Source of the DNA: an uncultured Clostridia bacterium
GTDB taxonomy: Bacteria; Bacillota; Clostridia; TANB77; CAG-465
Direction: 5' to 3'
Assembly: GCA_944383035.1 (NCBI GenBank)
Contig: CALWOE010000001.1
Span: forward strand, 1-58,802
DNA length: 58,802 nt
Position 1 is the first letter of the stretch; each line of letters begins with the position of its first letter. This document shows, one piece after another, positions 10,027-19,517 of this stretch. The notes below the pieces were generated by a model. It saw nothing but the letters and a program-made list of their open reading frames with translations. It did no database searches and was not told the origin of the DNA. The position numbers were made by a program, and so were the translations under genes.

Positions 10027-10920
10027 TTATACTTCTAAATCATTTAATTTTTGTTCAAATTCTGATATTCTTTGTTCAGTTTCATATTGTTCTATTCTAT
10101 TTAATGCATATAAATATTTTCTTTCTTGAGATAATAATGCTTGATATTCATCATTCCAATCTTCATGAGATCTTAAATTTGCATGAACTTCATTTAATTT
10201 TTCTTCTAGTACTAATTTTACAGGTTCAATTAAAGATTTACCTTTTTCAACTTTTATACCATTATCTACCATATGAGTTACAACTTCAGCAAATAATCTT
10301 TCACCTTGTAAATTAACTCCATTATCTGGATTATCATGTAAGATATTTACCATTTTATTTACTTCATCAATTCCAACCTTTTCAAATATAGTATCAACTC
10401 TAGAATCAATAAATTGTCCATTTTCTCCGAATACCTCTTGACCTTTTATAAATAAATCAACATTGTTTTGTATAATTCTAGCTTGTTCGATTGGTAATTC
10501 TTCAGTTGCAATTTTTAATGCATGTCTATCATAATATTTTCTAAATGCACTATTACACATTTCTTGTTCCTCTGCATATGGTTTGAAATATTGAGCATAA
10601 TCTCTTAAAACTTCATATTGAGTTTTTTCACCACTTACATTTCTTCTAAGTTCTTCAACATTCTCCCCAAAATAAGCAGTAACTTTGTGATCTATTCCAT
10701 CTGGTTCAAAATTAAATACTGGGTTTTGTTCAACATTTTGCTCTACTGCATTTTCATTATTTAGTTCGTCTGCATTATTATTTACATCAACATTTGTATC
10801 TTCAGATGAATCTAGTAGAAGATATTCTGGTTTTCCTCCAAAAAATTTAGAAAACATATTCTTTATACCGCTTAAATCTTCCAAAAATAACTTCCATTCA
10901 TTTTTCCAAAATTCTAACAT
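10027..10920 (-). CDS. Hypothetical protein with N-terminal FWKNEWxLF motif (paralog of 11233-11481)
   Basis: 297 aa. AGAGGTG RBS. The N-terminus MLEFWKNEWKLFLEDL is shared with the neighbouring small ORF. Confidence 0.65.
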   Translation of the reverse strand: MLEFWKNEWKLFLEDLSGIKNMFSKFFGGKPEYLLLDSSEDTNVDVNNNADELNNENAVEQNVEQNPVFNFEPDGIDHKVTAYFGENVEELRRNVSGEKTQYEVLRDYAQYFKPYAEEQEMCNSAFRKYYDRHALKIATEELPIEQARIIQNNVDLFIKGQEVFGENGQFIDSRVDTIFEKVGIDEVNKMVNILHDNPDNGVNLQGERLFAEVVTHMVDNGIKVEKGKSLIEPVKLVLEEKLNEVHANLRSHEDWNDEYQALLSQERKYLYALNRIEQYETEQRISEFEQKLNDLEV

Positions 10921-11196
10921 ATATAAACACCTCTTTTGTATAACATACTTTTACATTATTTCTTTATTACATATTATATAAAATGTGAAAAAAAAAAGCA
11001 ATAACAAGAATATTTTATTTTTATTACATTTTTATTACAAAAAGTGTATTTTGTATAATCAAATATTGTTTTTAAAATAAATATTCAAGTTACAGTTTAC
11101 AATAATAGTTTTTTTGCATTATATAATATTTTTTATTTTATCTAATCATATAATATTTTATATGTTAATTATACATAAGTTTCTAAAAAAAAGCAA

Positions 11197-11226
11197 GAAA
11201 AAAACTAAAGAATTAAATCTTTAGTC
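11197..11226 (-). terminator. Terminator after the 82-aa W-motif gene
   Basis: Minus strand ACTAAAGA-TTTAAT-TCTTTAGT followed by TTTTTTT. Confidence 0.7.
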
Positions 11227-11232
11227 TTATTC

Positions 11233-11481
11233 TTATTTAAATGTAACTGGTTGTGTTAAAAATTCAACCGCATTATTTATATCTTCTTTAAATAAATTCC
11301 ATTGATTTTTCCAAAAACCACCAGTTGAAGCTTTTTCTTCAATTTCTTCAATTGTAGGATTTAACATTTCTTTATTTGGAAAAAATACTCCTTTAAAAGT
11401 TACTGGTTGTAAGAAAAATTCTCCTAATTCTTGCATGTCATCTAGGAATAAATTCCATTCATTAACAAAAAAATCTTTCAT
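11233..11481 (-). CDS. Small protein made of two tandem copies of the (F/W)xNxWNLFxxD...QPVTFK module
   Basis: The start is moved to ATG 11481 (MKDFFVNEWNLF...) because it has the same AAAGAGGTGTT-ATAT RBS context as gene 10027-10920. 82 aa. Confidence 0.6.
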   Translation of the reverse strand: MKDFFVNEWNLFLDDMQELGEFFLQPVTFKGVFFPNKEMLNPTIEEIEEKASTGGFWKNQWNLFKEDINNAVEFLTQPVTFK

Positions 11482-11609
11482 ATATAACACCTCTTTTGTA
11501 TAAAATATCACTAATTTATTTATATTATACTGAAACATATAGTAAAAATCAACTACAAATTAGTAACAATTTTATTACAATTGTGTTACACATCAAAATT
11601 TATTTTAAT

Positions 11610-11924
11610 TTATTCATATTTATTTAAAATTTCTATTATTTCTTTTTTAGTTTTAAATCCAATATATTTATCAAGTAATTTACCATCTTTGTATATTAAC
11701 ATTGCTGGAATTGTATCAATAAAATATCTTTTTGCTATTTTTTTACTTTCATCAACATTTAATTTATATATTTTATAACTTGATCTAGAATTGGAAATTT
11801 CTTCTAAAATTGATGACAATCTCATGCATGGTCCACACCAAGTTGCATAAAATTCAACAAGTTTTAATCCATCTTCTTTTAAAATAGTATCATCAAAATT
11901 TTCATCTTTAATTTTATATATCAT
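11610..11924 (-). CDS. trxA: Thioredoxin
   Basis: WCGPC active site, 104 aa. Confidence 0.92.
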   Translation of the reverse strand: MIYKIKDENFDDTILKEDGLKLVEFYATWCGPCMRLSSILEEISNSRSSYKIYKLNVDESKKIAKRYFIDTIPAMLIYKDGKLLDKYIGFKTKKEIIEILNKYE

Positions 11925-11933
11925 ACACTCCTC

Positions 11934-12344
11934 CTACATATTTTTAGGATACTCTATTAAATCTTTATATATAAAATTTGCAAGTGCAGCATATTCCCAT
12001 ATATAAATATTATAATAGCCCATACTATTAAACTTATTTATCGCTTGCTTACTTCTGCTTCCTGTTGAGCAATATATCATTATATTTTGTTCTTTTTTTA
12101 TACTATTAATACTCTCTTCTATTTTATTTACAGGCATGCTGATAGCATTTTTAATATGCATCATTTCATATTCGTTTTCACTTCTTACATCTATTAATAC
12201 CACTTCGTTATTTTCTATCATTTCTCTTGCTCTTTTTAATGGAACAAGATTATATATCATTTTATTTTGTCTTGGTCTAAAATTATTTCTTCTACAATTA
12301 TTATTCATATTTCCAAAAAGTAACCTTCTTAAATTATATATCAA
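11934..12344 (-). CDS. Rhodanese-domain sulfurtransferase
   Basis: IYCSTGSRS active-site loop (CxxGxR). It lies 9 nt upstream of trxA. TTG start with a GAAGG RBS, so the start is uncertain. Confidence 0.8.
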   Translation of the reverse strand: MIYNLRRLLFGNMNNNCRRNNFRPRQNKMIYNLVPLKRAREMIENNEVVLIDVRSENEYEMMHIKNAISMPVNKIEESINSIKKEQNIMIYCSTGSRSKQAINKFNSMGYYNIYIWEYAALANFIYKDLIEYPKNM

Positions 12345-12527
12345 TATTAAAACCTTCTTTCTATTAAATTATATGTTAAAAATATATAATTATTACTAAT
12401 GTATATTTTATTTTATAAAAAAATAGAGAACAAAAATATAAAAAATTAACTAAATAAAAAAATAAAAAAAAGCTAGAAATTTTATTTTCTAACTTTTTAC
12501 CTTAATATTTTTATTATAGCTTTTAAT

Positions 12528-13814
12528 CTATATTTCTACTTCTACAATATATCCTTTACTTTCTAATTTTTCTTTTACATCATCATAGATAAAAAAATCT
12601 ATCGTTATCTTTTTAGAACTTATTTGTTCTTCTGTCAAATTCTCTATTATATAGAAATATTGATTATATTTTACATTTTCAAGTAATTCTTGAATTATTT
12701 TATTTTTTTTACTTTCATCTGTATCCCAGGATAGAGTAGAATCTTCTTCTATTTCAAAGCCATAATTTCTTAATTTTTCTTTAATTTTAGGATTTAGATA
12801 TATATCACAAATTCTATCATTTCCGTAAAACATTTCTTCTTTTATTTCAAAGACTAGATTTTCATACTGTTCTTCAATAATTTCATCAATATACTTTTCT
12901 GCCTTTGTCCCTTTTTTTGGGTTATATATATCTATTTTACGTGTAGAAAAATCTACTTCAAAACCAAAATCTTTTAACATATCAATAACTTCTTTATAAT
13001 ACAAATCATTTTCAACAAAAACATCATCACCATCCATAATTTCTGTTCTTATTTCAAACAAAAGATAGTCAAAATCGTTTTCAATTAATTCTTGTTTTAT
13101 ATCATATGCTTTTGTACCTTGTTTTAAATCTAATACTGATACCCAACAACCATTGATTGCATGATTAAAATCCCTTATGTCAAATCCATCAACTTTTAAT
13201 TTTTCTTTTACTTTAGAATATACATGTGGAAAATATATTGATTTTTTACCATTCCACATATTATTTTTTATTTGTTTTATTAAGTTTAAATATTCTACAT
13301 CTACAAGATATTCTTCATGTTCTTTAAAAAAATTACTATTTTCTTTAATACCATTTTCCCAATGGATACAATACATTTGCTCATCCTTAAAATTTATTTC
13401 AAATCCAAGATATTTTAACTTATCTATTACTTCTTGATATAAAGTATTTTGTATTCCATATGCAAATTCATGTTTTTGTATTTTAATAGATATATTACTA
13501 AGTATAGTTTTTAATTGCTCCTCTTTTACATAATCAAGTAATTTTTTTGCATTTGTACCATCTTTTAAATCATCAAAAATTATGTGTAATTTTTCATCAT
13601 CACTGTCAATTCTTTTTACAAGATATGCCTCAAACCCATCTTTTTTCAACCAATCGACCATGTAATCTTCTATCATGAAGTTTAAATCGCAATAATAGTA
13701 ATGTTTGCATTCTAACATACTAGAATAAATTTTGTTTAATAAAAAAGTTTTGTACCTTTCTTTTTTAAAGCTTAATTCTTTAAGTTCTTTTACAAGCATT
13801 TCTACATCTTTCAT
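12528..13814 (-). CDS. Hypothetical protein built from six ~70-aa repeat modules
   Basis: The start is moved to ATG 13814 (GAAGGGAG RBS). Six recurrences of the motif h-x-x-K-L-K/R-x-x-G-F/Y-E/D-h: WLKKDGFEAY, KLKYLGFEIN, KLKVDGFDIR, MLKDFGFEVD, KLRNYGFEIE, KLESKGYIVE. Confidence 0.65.
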   Translation of the reverse strand: MKDVEMLVKELKELSFKKERYKTFLLNKIYSSMLECKHYYYCDLNFMIEDYMVDWLKKDGFEAYLVKRIDSDDEKLHIIFDDLKDGTNAKKLLDYVKEEQLKTILSNISIKIQKHEFAYGIQNTLYQEVIDKLKYLGFEINFKDEQMYCIHWENGIKENSNFFKEHEEYLVDVEYLNLIKQIKNNMWNGKKSIYFPHVYSKVKEKLKVDGFDIRDFNHAINGCWVSVLDLKQGTKAYDIKQELIENDFDYLLFEIRTEIMDGDDVFVENDLYYKEVIDMLKDFGFEVDFSTRKIDIYNPKKGTKAEKYIDEIIEEQYENLVFEIKEEMFYGNDRICDIYLNPKIKEKLRNYGFEIEEDSTLSWDTDESKKNKIIQELLENVKYNQYFYIIENLTEEQISSKKITIDFFIYDDVKEKLESKGYIVEVEI

Positions 13815-13976
13815 AATATTTTCTCCCTTCAATATTAATCTTAAGGAATTTCTTTAATAATCATCGCAAAAAACTATCAAGAAATTATCCTTGTAAAAAA
13901 AACATAATACTTTTTTATTATACCATAATGATTTTATTCTTTCAATACACAACAATTTGTTACAAAAAAAAATGAG

Positions 13977-16688
13977 CTATTGCTCATTTTTCACTTTATT
14001 TTTATTTACATATTTTTTATATATAAATATTCTTGCAAGTATTAATTTTAAACATTCAAACACTGCAACTGATGCAACACTTATAACAGCTATTATATAA
14101 ACAACATCTTTTGGTAATGGTACAAGTCCAAGCCAAGAAGATAAAACTGGTACATTTAATATTAATAATTGTAGCATCAATGTTGTTATAACGCAAAGTA
14201 ACATATGCATATTTGAAAAAATACCAATTTTAAAAATAGATTTTTTATCTGATCTACATATAAATGCAAATAACATTTCTATTATTGCAAGTGTTGTAAA
14301 TGCAGCAGTAGTACCAATCTCTGGAGAATAACTTGCGCTTATTACAAAATATAATACTAATATTACAACTGCTTTTAATACACCAGGTATAACTATTCTT
14401 GAAATAAGTAATGGTGTAAAAAGACTTGTTTTTGATGCTCTAGGCTTTTGCCTCATAATTCCTGGTTCTTCTTTTTCAAAACCAAGTGCAATTGCAGGAA
14501 TTGTATCAGTTATTAAATTTATCCATAAAATTTGTATTGGTAAAAATATTGTTTTGTTAAATAATGTTGCTATAAATATAATTAATACTTCTGCTAAATT
14601 TGAAGCAAGTAAATATGCAATTACATTTTGAATATTGTTATATATTCTTCTACCTTCTTTTACAGCCACAACAATTGTAGAAAAATTATCGTCTGCTAGG
14701 ACCATACTAGATACACTTTTAGATACTTCTGTTCCAGTAATCCCCATTCCAATACCTATATCTGCTCCTTTTAGGGCAGGTGCATCATTTACACCATCCC
14801 CTGTCATTGCCACCGTCATATTATGTTTTTTCCATGCTCTTACAATTCTGATTTTATTTTCCGGAGAAACTCTTGCATACACACGTATATCTTTTACATT
14901 ATTATACAATTCTTCATCTGTCATTTCATCTACTTCAAGTCCTGTTACTGCTTTTGTATTTTCTTTTAGAATTCCAAGTTCTTTAGCAATTGCCATTGCC
15001 GTATCTATATTGTCTCCTGTTATCATAACAGGTATCATTCCAGCAGTAAAACACTTTTCAACTGCCTTTTTTGCTTCTTTTCTTGGAGGATCAATCATTC
15101 CAACAAGTCCTACAAATACAAGATCATTTTCATTTTTATCTATTTTGTCTAAGTTATCTCTTACTTTATATGAACATGCAAGTACTCTTAATGCTTGTTT
15201 TGCTAGTTTTAAATTTTCATTTAAAATTCTATCTTTATGTTCTTGTGTAATTTCTACTTCCTTACCATTTTCTAAAATCTTTGTACAATTTTGTAAAATA
15301 GATTCTACTGCGCCTTTAGTAGAAAACAAATATTTATTATCCACTAAATTAACAGTTGTCATCATTTTTCTTGTAGAATCAAAAGGTAATTCATCTACTC
15401 TTTTACAAGTATCTTCCATTGTTTCTTTATCATAACCAATCCTTTGTACAAAATCAATTAATGCTGTTTCTGTAGGATCTCCAAGCATTACCTTATTTCC
15501 ACCATCTTCGCCAAATTTTGTATCATTACAAAATAGTACAATTTTAGCTAAAATATCTAAATCTTTTTCTTTTTTATCATCTATATTTATATTTTTTAAA
15601 TCACTTTTTTGTTTTACTTCTTCAACATTATACTCTTCAAAATTAAAGTAAATTTTTCTTAAACTCATTTTATTTTGAGTTAGAGTTCCTGTTTTATCTG
15701 AACAAATTACTTCTGTTGCACCTAATGCTTCTACCGCAGATAATTTTCTTACAATAGCTTTTTCTTTTGCCATTTTTTGTACACCAATTGCAAGAGTTAT
15801 TGTTATTACTGCACTTAACCCCTCTGGAATTGCAGCTACTGCAAGTGATATTGCAAGCATAAATGTATCTTCTATATTATTACCACTAGCAAAACCTACT
15901 ATAAACATGATTATTGCTATTATTATAACTACTACACTTAAAAATTTACTTAATTGGTTTAATTTCTTTTGAAGTGGTGTTGTTTCTGTTTCTTGATTTG
16001 AAATTGCATCTGCAATTTTACCAAGCTCTGTATTCATTCCAGTAGCACAAACTACAGCTTCTCCTCTACCATATACTACATTACTTCCACTATATAACAT
16101 ATTTGTTCTATCTGCTAAAGCTTGCTTTTTATCTGTTTTAATTTCTTCTTGTTTTTTATCTACTGCTACCGATTCGCCTGTAAGTGCTGATTCTTCTACT
16201 CTTAAACTGTGATTTTCTATTATTCTCATATCAGCTGGTATACTGTCTCCTGCTTCTACAAGTACAATATCTCCCACAACAAGTTCTTCTGTTTTTACAC
16301 TTTCTACACTTCCATCCCTTTTAACTTTTATATATGGAAGTGACATATTTTTTAATGCTTCTATTGCTTTTTCAGCTTTACTTTCCTGTATTACACCTAA
16401 AATTGCATTTAAAAATACAACGACTAAAATTATTATTGTATCAATCATGCTTTCTCCACTTTTTAGTGATACAAAAGCTGAAACAATTGCTGAAATTATA
16501 AGTATTATAAGCATAACATTTTTAAATTGATCTAAAAACATTAAAAATATTCCACGTTTTTTAGTTTCTTTTAATTTATTATATCCATCTTTTTGCAATC
16601 TTTTCTTTGCTTCTTCGTCAGTTAAACCATCTTTACTTGTTTTTAAATTTTCTATAACCTCATCTATCTTTTGTTTATAAAATTCCAT
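13977..16688 (-). CDS. P-type Ca2+-transporting ATPase (P2A/PMCA-SERCA-like)
   Basis: CSDKTGTLTQN phosphorylation motif, TGDGVNDAPALK hinge, TGES actuator motif, 10 TM pattern, 903 aa. Confidence 0.92.
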   Translation of the reverse strand: MEFYKQKIDEVIENLKTSKDGLTDEEAKKRLQKDGYNKLKETKKRGIFLMFLDQFKNVMLIILIISAIVSAFVSLKSGESMIDTIIILVVVFLNAILGVIQESKAEKAIEALKNMSLPYIKVKRDGSVESVKTEELVVGDIVLVEAGDSIPADMRIIENHSLRVEESALTGESVAVDKKQEEIKTDKKQALADRTNMLYSGSNVVYGRGEAVVCATGMNTELGKIADAISNQETETTPLQKKLNQLSKFLSVVVIIIAIIMFIVGFASGNNIEDTFMLAISLAVAAIPEGLSAVITITLAIGVQKMAKEKAIVRKLSAVEALGATEVICSDKTGTLTQNKMSLRKIYFNFEEYNVEEVKQKSDLKNINIDDKKEKDLDILAKIVLFCNDTKFGEDGGNKVMLGDPTETALIDFVQRIGYDKETMEDTCKRVDELPFDSTRKMMTTVNLVDNKYLFSTKGAVESILQNCTKILENGKEVEITQEHKDRILNENLKLAKQALRVLACSYKVRDNLDKIDKNENDLVFVGLVGMIDPPRKEAKKAVEKCFTAGMIPVMITGDNIDTAMAIAKELGILKENTKAVTGLEVDEMTDEELYNNVKDIRVYARVSPENKIRIVRAWKKHNMTVAMTGDGVNDAPALKGADIGIGMGITGTEVSKSVSSMVLADDNFSTIVVAVKEGRRIYNNIQNVIAYLLASNLAEVLIIFIATLFNKTIFLPIQILWINLITDTIPAIALGFEKEEPGIMRQKPRASKTSLFTPLLISRIVIPGVLKAVVILVLYFVISASYSPEIGTTAAFTTLAIIEMLFAFICRSDKKSIFKIGIFSNMHMLLCVITTLMLQLLILNVPVLSSWLGLVPLPKDVVYIIAVISVASVAVFECLKLILARIFIYKKYVNKNKVKNEQ

Positions 16689-16705
16689 TATTTTACACCA
16701 CCATC

Positions 16706-17932
16706 TTAGTTTTTAGTATTTTTTCCTTTTTTAAATAAATATGTACTAATAGTACCAACTGAAAGTATAATTAATAGCATAGTTATATATACACCAACTA
16801 CTGGTAATCTAGCAAGTATATATAATGATACAAATATGAAGAATAAAGATACAACTTCTGAATAATTTGTATTATTATATTTTTTCAAATATTTAGTATT
16901 AATATATTTATTTAAAATTATTGCTATTACAAATGTTGAAAGTAAAGAACATATAATTATATAGAATAAATATACAATTAAAAATCCAACTAACACATTT
17001 GCAGCATCAAGAAATGTTGAAAGTAGGAAATATACTAAAAATACAAGTGGTATGACAAGTAATGATAGTGATCCTACAAGAACAACTTTTCCAAAATTAT
17101 TTTTAGTTTTTTCATATAAATTATCAAAGAAATCTTTTTTAGAAAACCTCTTAACGATTAAATATATAAGTACTAATATTAATGAATAAATTACACAATC
17201 TAAAACTATTGTAAATAAACTTTTAGTTTCTTTTTGTTCTAAGAAATTTACTATTGCATTTTTATATGTTTCTTTAATTTTTAAGTCTTTATTATACGTA
17301 TCTATTACAAGTTTTCCTTTTATATTATTATCTGAAGAAGTTGTAATATTTTGTGTTTGAACTCTTAAATCTCCACCTACTTCTCCATTTACTACTACAT
17401 TATTTGCAGTACCAATAACATTTCCTTCTACTTTACCTTCAATTACAATTTCAGGTGCATAACATACCAAATCTCCGCTTACAACAGCATCTTTAGCTAT
17501 TGTTATTTTATTAGATGATAAAATAAATGCTGATTTTTGAATATTATTATTAATAACAAAATTTTCTACTGCAAATCCAAACACATTCTCAACAGGAGCA
17601 TTTATTCTTACTGCACCATTACTAAGTAAAATCTGAACTGCTTCTTGTTTATTATTTACTTCTATATCTTTTGCAGAAAAAAGCAAGCCTAATTTATTAT
17701 CATCCTTATCCATAATTATTCTATCTGTTGAAAAAATAATATATGGTAATTTATCTAAAGTTGACTCACTCGTTTTGTATACATCCTCTTTTATATCTAT
17801 ATTTAATACAGATTCTTTTTTTGCCTCATTCTCTGTTGCATATATATTTGTTGTTCCAAAAAAAACAACAAAAAGAAAAATACTTATTATAGTTAATATT
17901 TTATTTTTGCTTTTTTTCATAATTAATCTCAT
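16706..17932 (-). CDS. Membrane protein with a bactofilin-like (polymer-forming, beta-helical) repeat region
   Basis: N-terminal signal/TM. The central repeat VVSGDLVCYAPEIVIEGKVEGNVIGTANNVVVNGEVGGDLRV resembles bactofilin/DUF583 repeats. C-terminal 4-5 TM helices. It lies 17 nt upstream of the Ca-ATPase. The start could instead be the second ATG at 17920. Confidence 0.6.
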   Translation of the reverse strand: MRLIMKKSKNKILTIISIFLFVVFFGTTNIYATENEAKKESVLNIDIKEDVYKTSESTLDKLPYIIFSTDRIIMDKDDNKLGLLFSAKDIEVNNKQEAVQILLSNGAVRINAPVENVFGFAVENFVINNNIQKSAFILSSNKITIAKDAVVSGDLVCYAPEIVIEGKVEGNVIGTANNVVVNGEVGGDLRVQTQNITTSSDNNIKGKLVIDTYNKDLKIKETYKNAIVNFLEQKETKSLFTIVLDCVIYSLILVLIYLIVKRFSKKDFFDNLYEKTKNNFGKVVLVGSLSLLVIPLVFLVYFLLSTFLDAANVLVGFLIVYLFYIIICSLLSTFVIAIILNKYINTKYLKKYNNTNYSEVVSLFFIFVSLYILARLPVVGVYITMLLIILSVGTISTYLFKKGKNTKN

Positions 17933-17997
17933 TCCTTCCTTGCCTCCGCTAACGCTACGTCTGCGGAAGGCACAAATCTTTATTAAAAATTTTTAAC

Positions 17998-18026
17998 TTG
18001 CTATAGTTACCATAATTTGTTATAAT
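17998..18026 (+). promoter_or_regulatory. Sigma-A-type promoter inside the IS110 left end, driving the upstream ncRNA
   Basis: TTGCTA, 17-nt spacer, TATAAT. Confidence 0.5.
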
Positions 18027-18032
18027 ATCTTT

Positions 18033-18248
18033 AGATGTATAGATAGACTGAAGAGCACGTCGGGTTGAGTGGCGAATAATTACCACTTTTGTAATTATAT
18101 CCCGTATAATTATATGTGACGTGTACCTTTTAAGCACAAATGAGTGCAACATATCCTACTTTAAGTAGGTGGAGTGCGTAACCTTATCTTTGTATTTAAC
18201 AAAGTCCGTTAATCTAGCTGGGTACACATAGTAAATGTCTATACATCT
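18033..18248 (+). ncRNA. IS110 5' non-coding structured RNA (bridge/seek-RNA-like)
   Basis: A closing helix AGATGTATAGA (18033-43) / TCTATACATCT (18238-48) encloses two multi-helix domains. Domain 1 is closed by CACGTC (18056-61) / GACGTG (18118-23). Domain 2 is closed by GTACC (18123-27) / GGTAC (18221-25). Each domain holds 2-3 short hairpins. The region is GC-richer than its surroundings and lies immediately upstream of the recombinase RBS. Confidence 0.5.
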
Positions 18249-18274
18249 TATTTTTATTTTTTGGAGGTAACAAA

Positions 18275-19517
18275 ATGTTAAAAATTTGTTACAATATTTG
18301 TTGTGGCATCGATGTTCATAAGAAAATGTTAGTTGCTACTATTGCTACTACAAATGAACGCAAAGTTACCACATATCAAACCAAACAATTTTCTACTTTT
18401 ACTAAAGATATTAAGAAACTTAAGCAATGGCTTATTGATAATAACTGTAAAGATGTCTGTATGGAATCCACTGGTAAGTATTGGATTCCTATTTTTAACA
18501 TTTTAGAGGATTCTTGTAATATTACCATTACTCATCCTAAATATGTTAAAGCAATTCAGCGGTAAAAAAACTGATACTAAAGACTCTGTTTGGATTACGG
18601 ATATTTTTAAACATGGTCTTGTTGAAGGTAGTTTTATGCCTCCACTTGCTATCAGACAACTTCGTGATTTAATGCGTTATCGTTTTAAACTTGTTAATTG
18701 CAAAAGTTCTGAAAAGAATAGATTTCAAAATTCTTTAACTGTTTCTAATATTATGATTTCTAATATTCTTACAGATACTTTTGGTAAAACTTCTAAATCA
18801 ATTTTAGAATTAATACTATCTAAAGAAGATAATGTTTCTATGGAAGAAATTAAACCTCTCCTTAGAAAAAATCTTAAATCATCTCCTCAAGAAATTTTAG
18901 ACTCTGTTGAGGGGAATCTTACTCATGAACAAAATTCTAAAATGAAAGTTTGTCTTAACCATTACGATAATATTCTTGATTGCATTAATCAAATTGAACA
19001 GGCTATATTACCATTAATTCAGCCTTTTCAAAATGAAATTAATTTGATTTTAACTGTACCAGGTGTGAAAGATATTTCTGCTATCACTATACTTTCTGAG
19101 ATTGGAGCTGATATGTCTGTATTTAAAGATGCTGAACATCTTTGCTCTTGGGCCGGTCTCACTCCCCAATGTAATGAAAGTGCTGGTAAAAAGAAATCTG
19201 TTCATATTAGTAGAGCTGGCATCTATTTAAAACCTTTACTTATTCAATGTGCTAACAATGCAATTCGTGATAAAAAATGTCCTTATTTTAAATTAAGATA
19301 TGATGCTATCAAAAAACGTAGAGGTCATAAACGTGCAATTATTGCAATTGCTAGAATGTTACTTACTTGCATCTATCATATGCTTTCTAAAAATGAACCA
19401 TTTAATCACCAAATTTATGAGCAGTTATCTCAAAAAAATTTCAAATCTAAAGATAAAAAACTAAATATCAATAATGCTATTAAGTTTTTAGAATCTCAAG
19501 GCTACAAAGTTAGTTAA
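18275..19517 (+). pseudogene. IS110-family DEDD recombinase/transposase, interrupted by a frameshift
   Basis: The N-terminal part (CGIDVHKKML, CMESTGKYW) stops at 18563-18565. The C-terminal Transposase_20-like part (GKKTDTKDSVWITDIF ... SWAGLTPQCNESAGKK) continues in another reading frame. The shift maps to 18557-18560 (ATT CAG C GGT). Confidence 0.85.

Noticed and set aside
14635-15435. A 266-aa plus-strand ORF lies inside the Ca2+-ATPase gene. Similar long antisense ORFs occur at 594-815, 2468-2872, 3014-3382, 3749-4069, 6467-6880, 20380-20790, 22296-22942, 40494-40736, 56327-56629 and 58319-58777.
   Set aside because: All lie fully antisense to, or overlapping, well-supported conserved genes. 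They have Ser/Phe/Ile/Leu-rich low-complexity translations typical of shadow ORFs in AT-rich DNA, and they lack an RBS.
17775-18152. Track ORFs 17775-17996 (+) and 17955-18152 (-).
   Set aside because: The first is antisense to the bactofilin-like gene. The second lies within the structured non-coding left end of the IS110 element. Neither has an RBS.
18561-18572. I considered the A7 run (GGTAAAAAAACT) in the IS110 recombinase gene as a programmed -1 frameshift site.
   Set aside because: Frame 1 already hits its stop (TAA at 18563-18565), formed by the first bases of this A-run, so frame 1 cannot read through the run. Conserved residues switch frame between 18557 and 18560. Programmed frameshifting is not a known feature of IS110. 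A simple indel or sequencing error is more likely.
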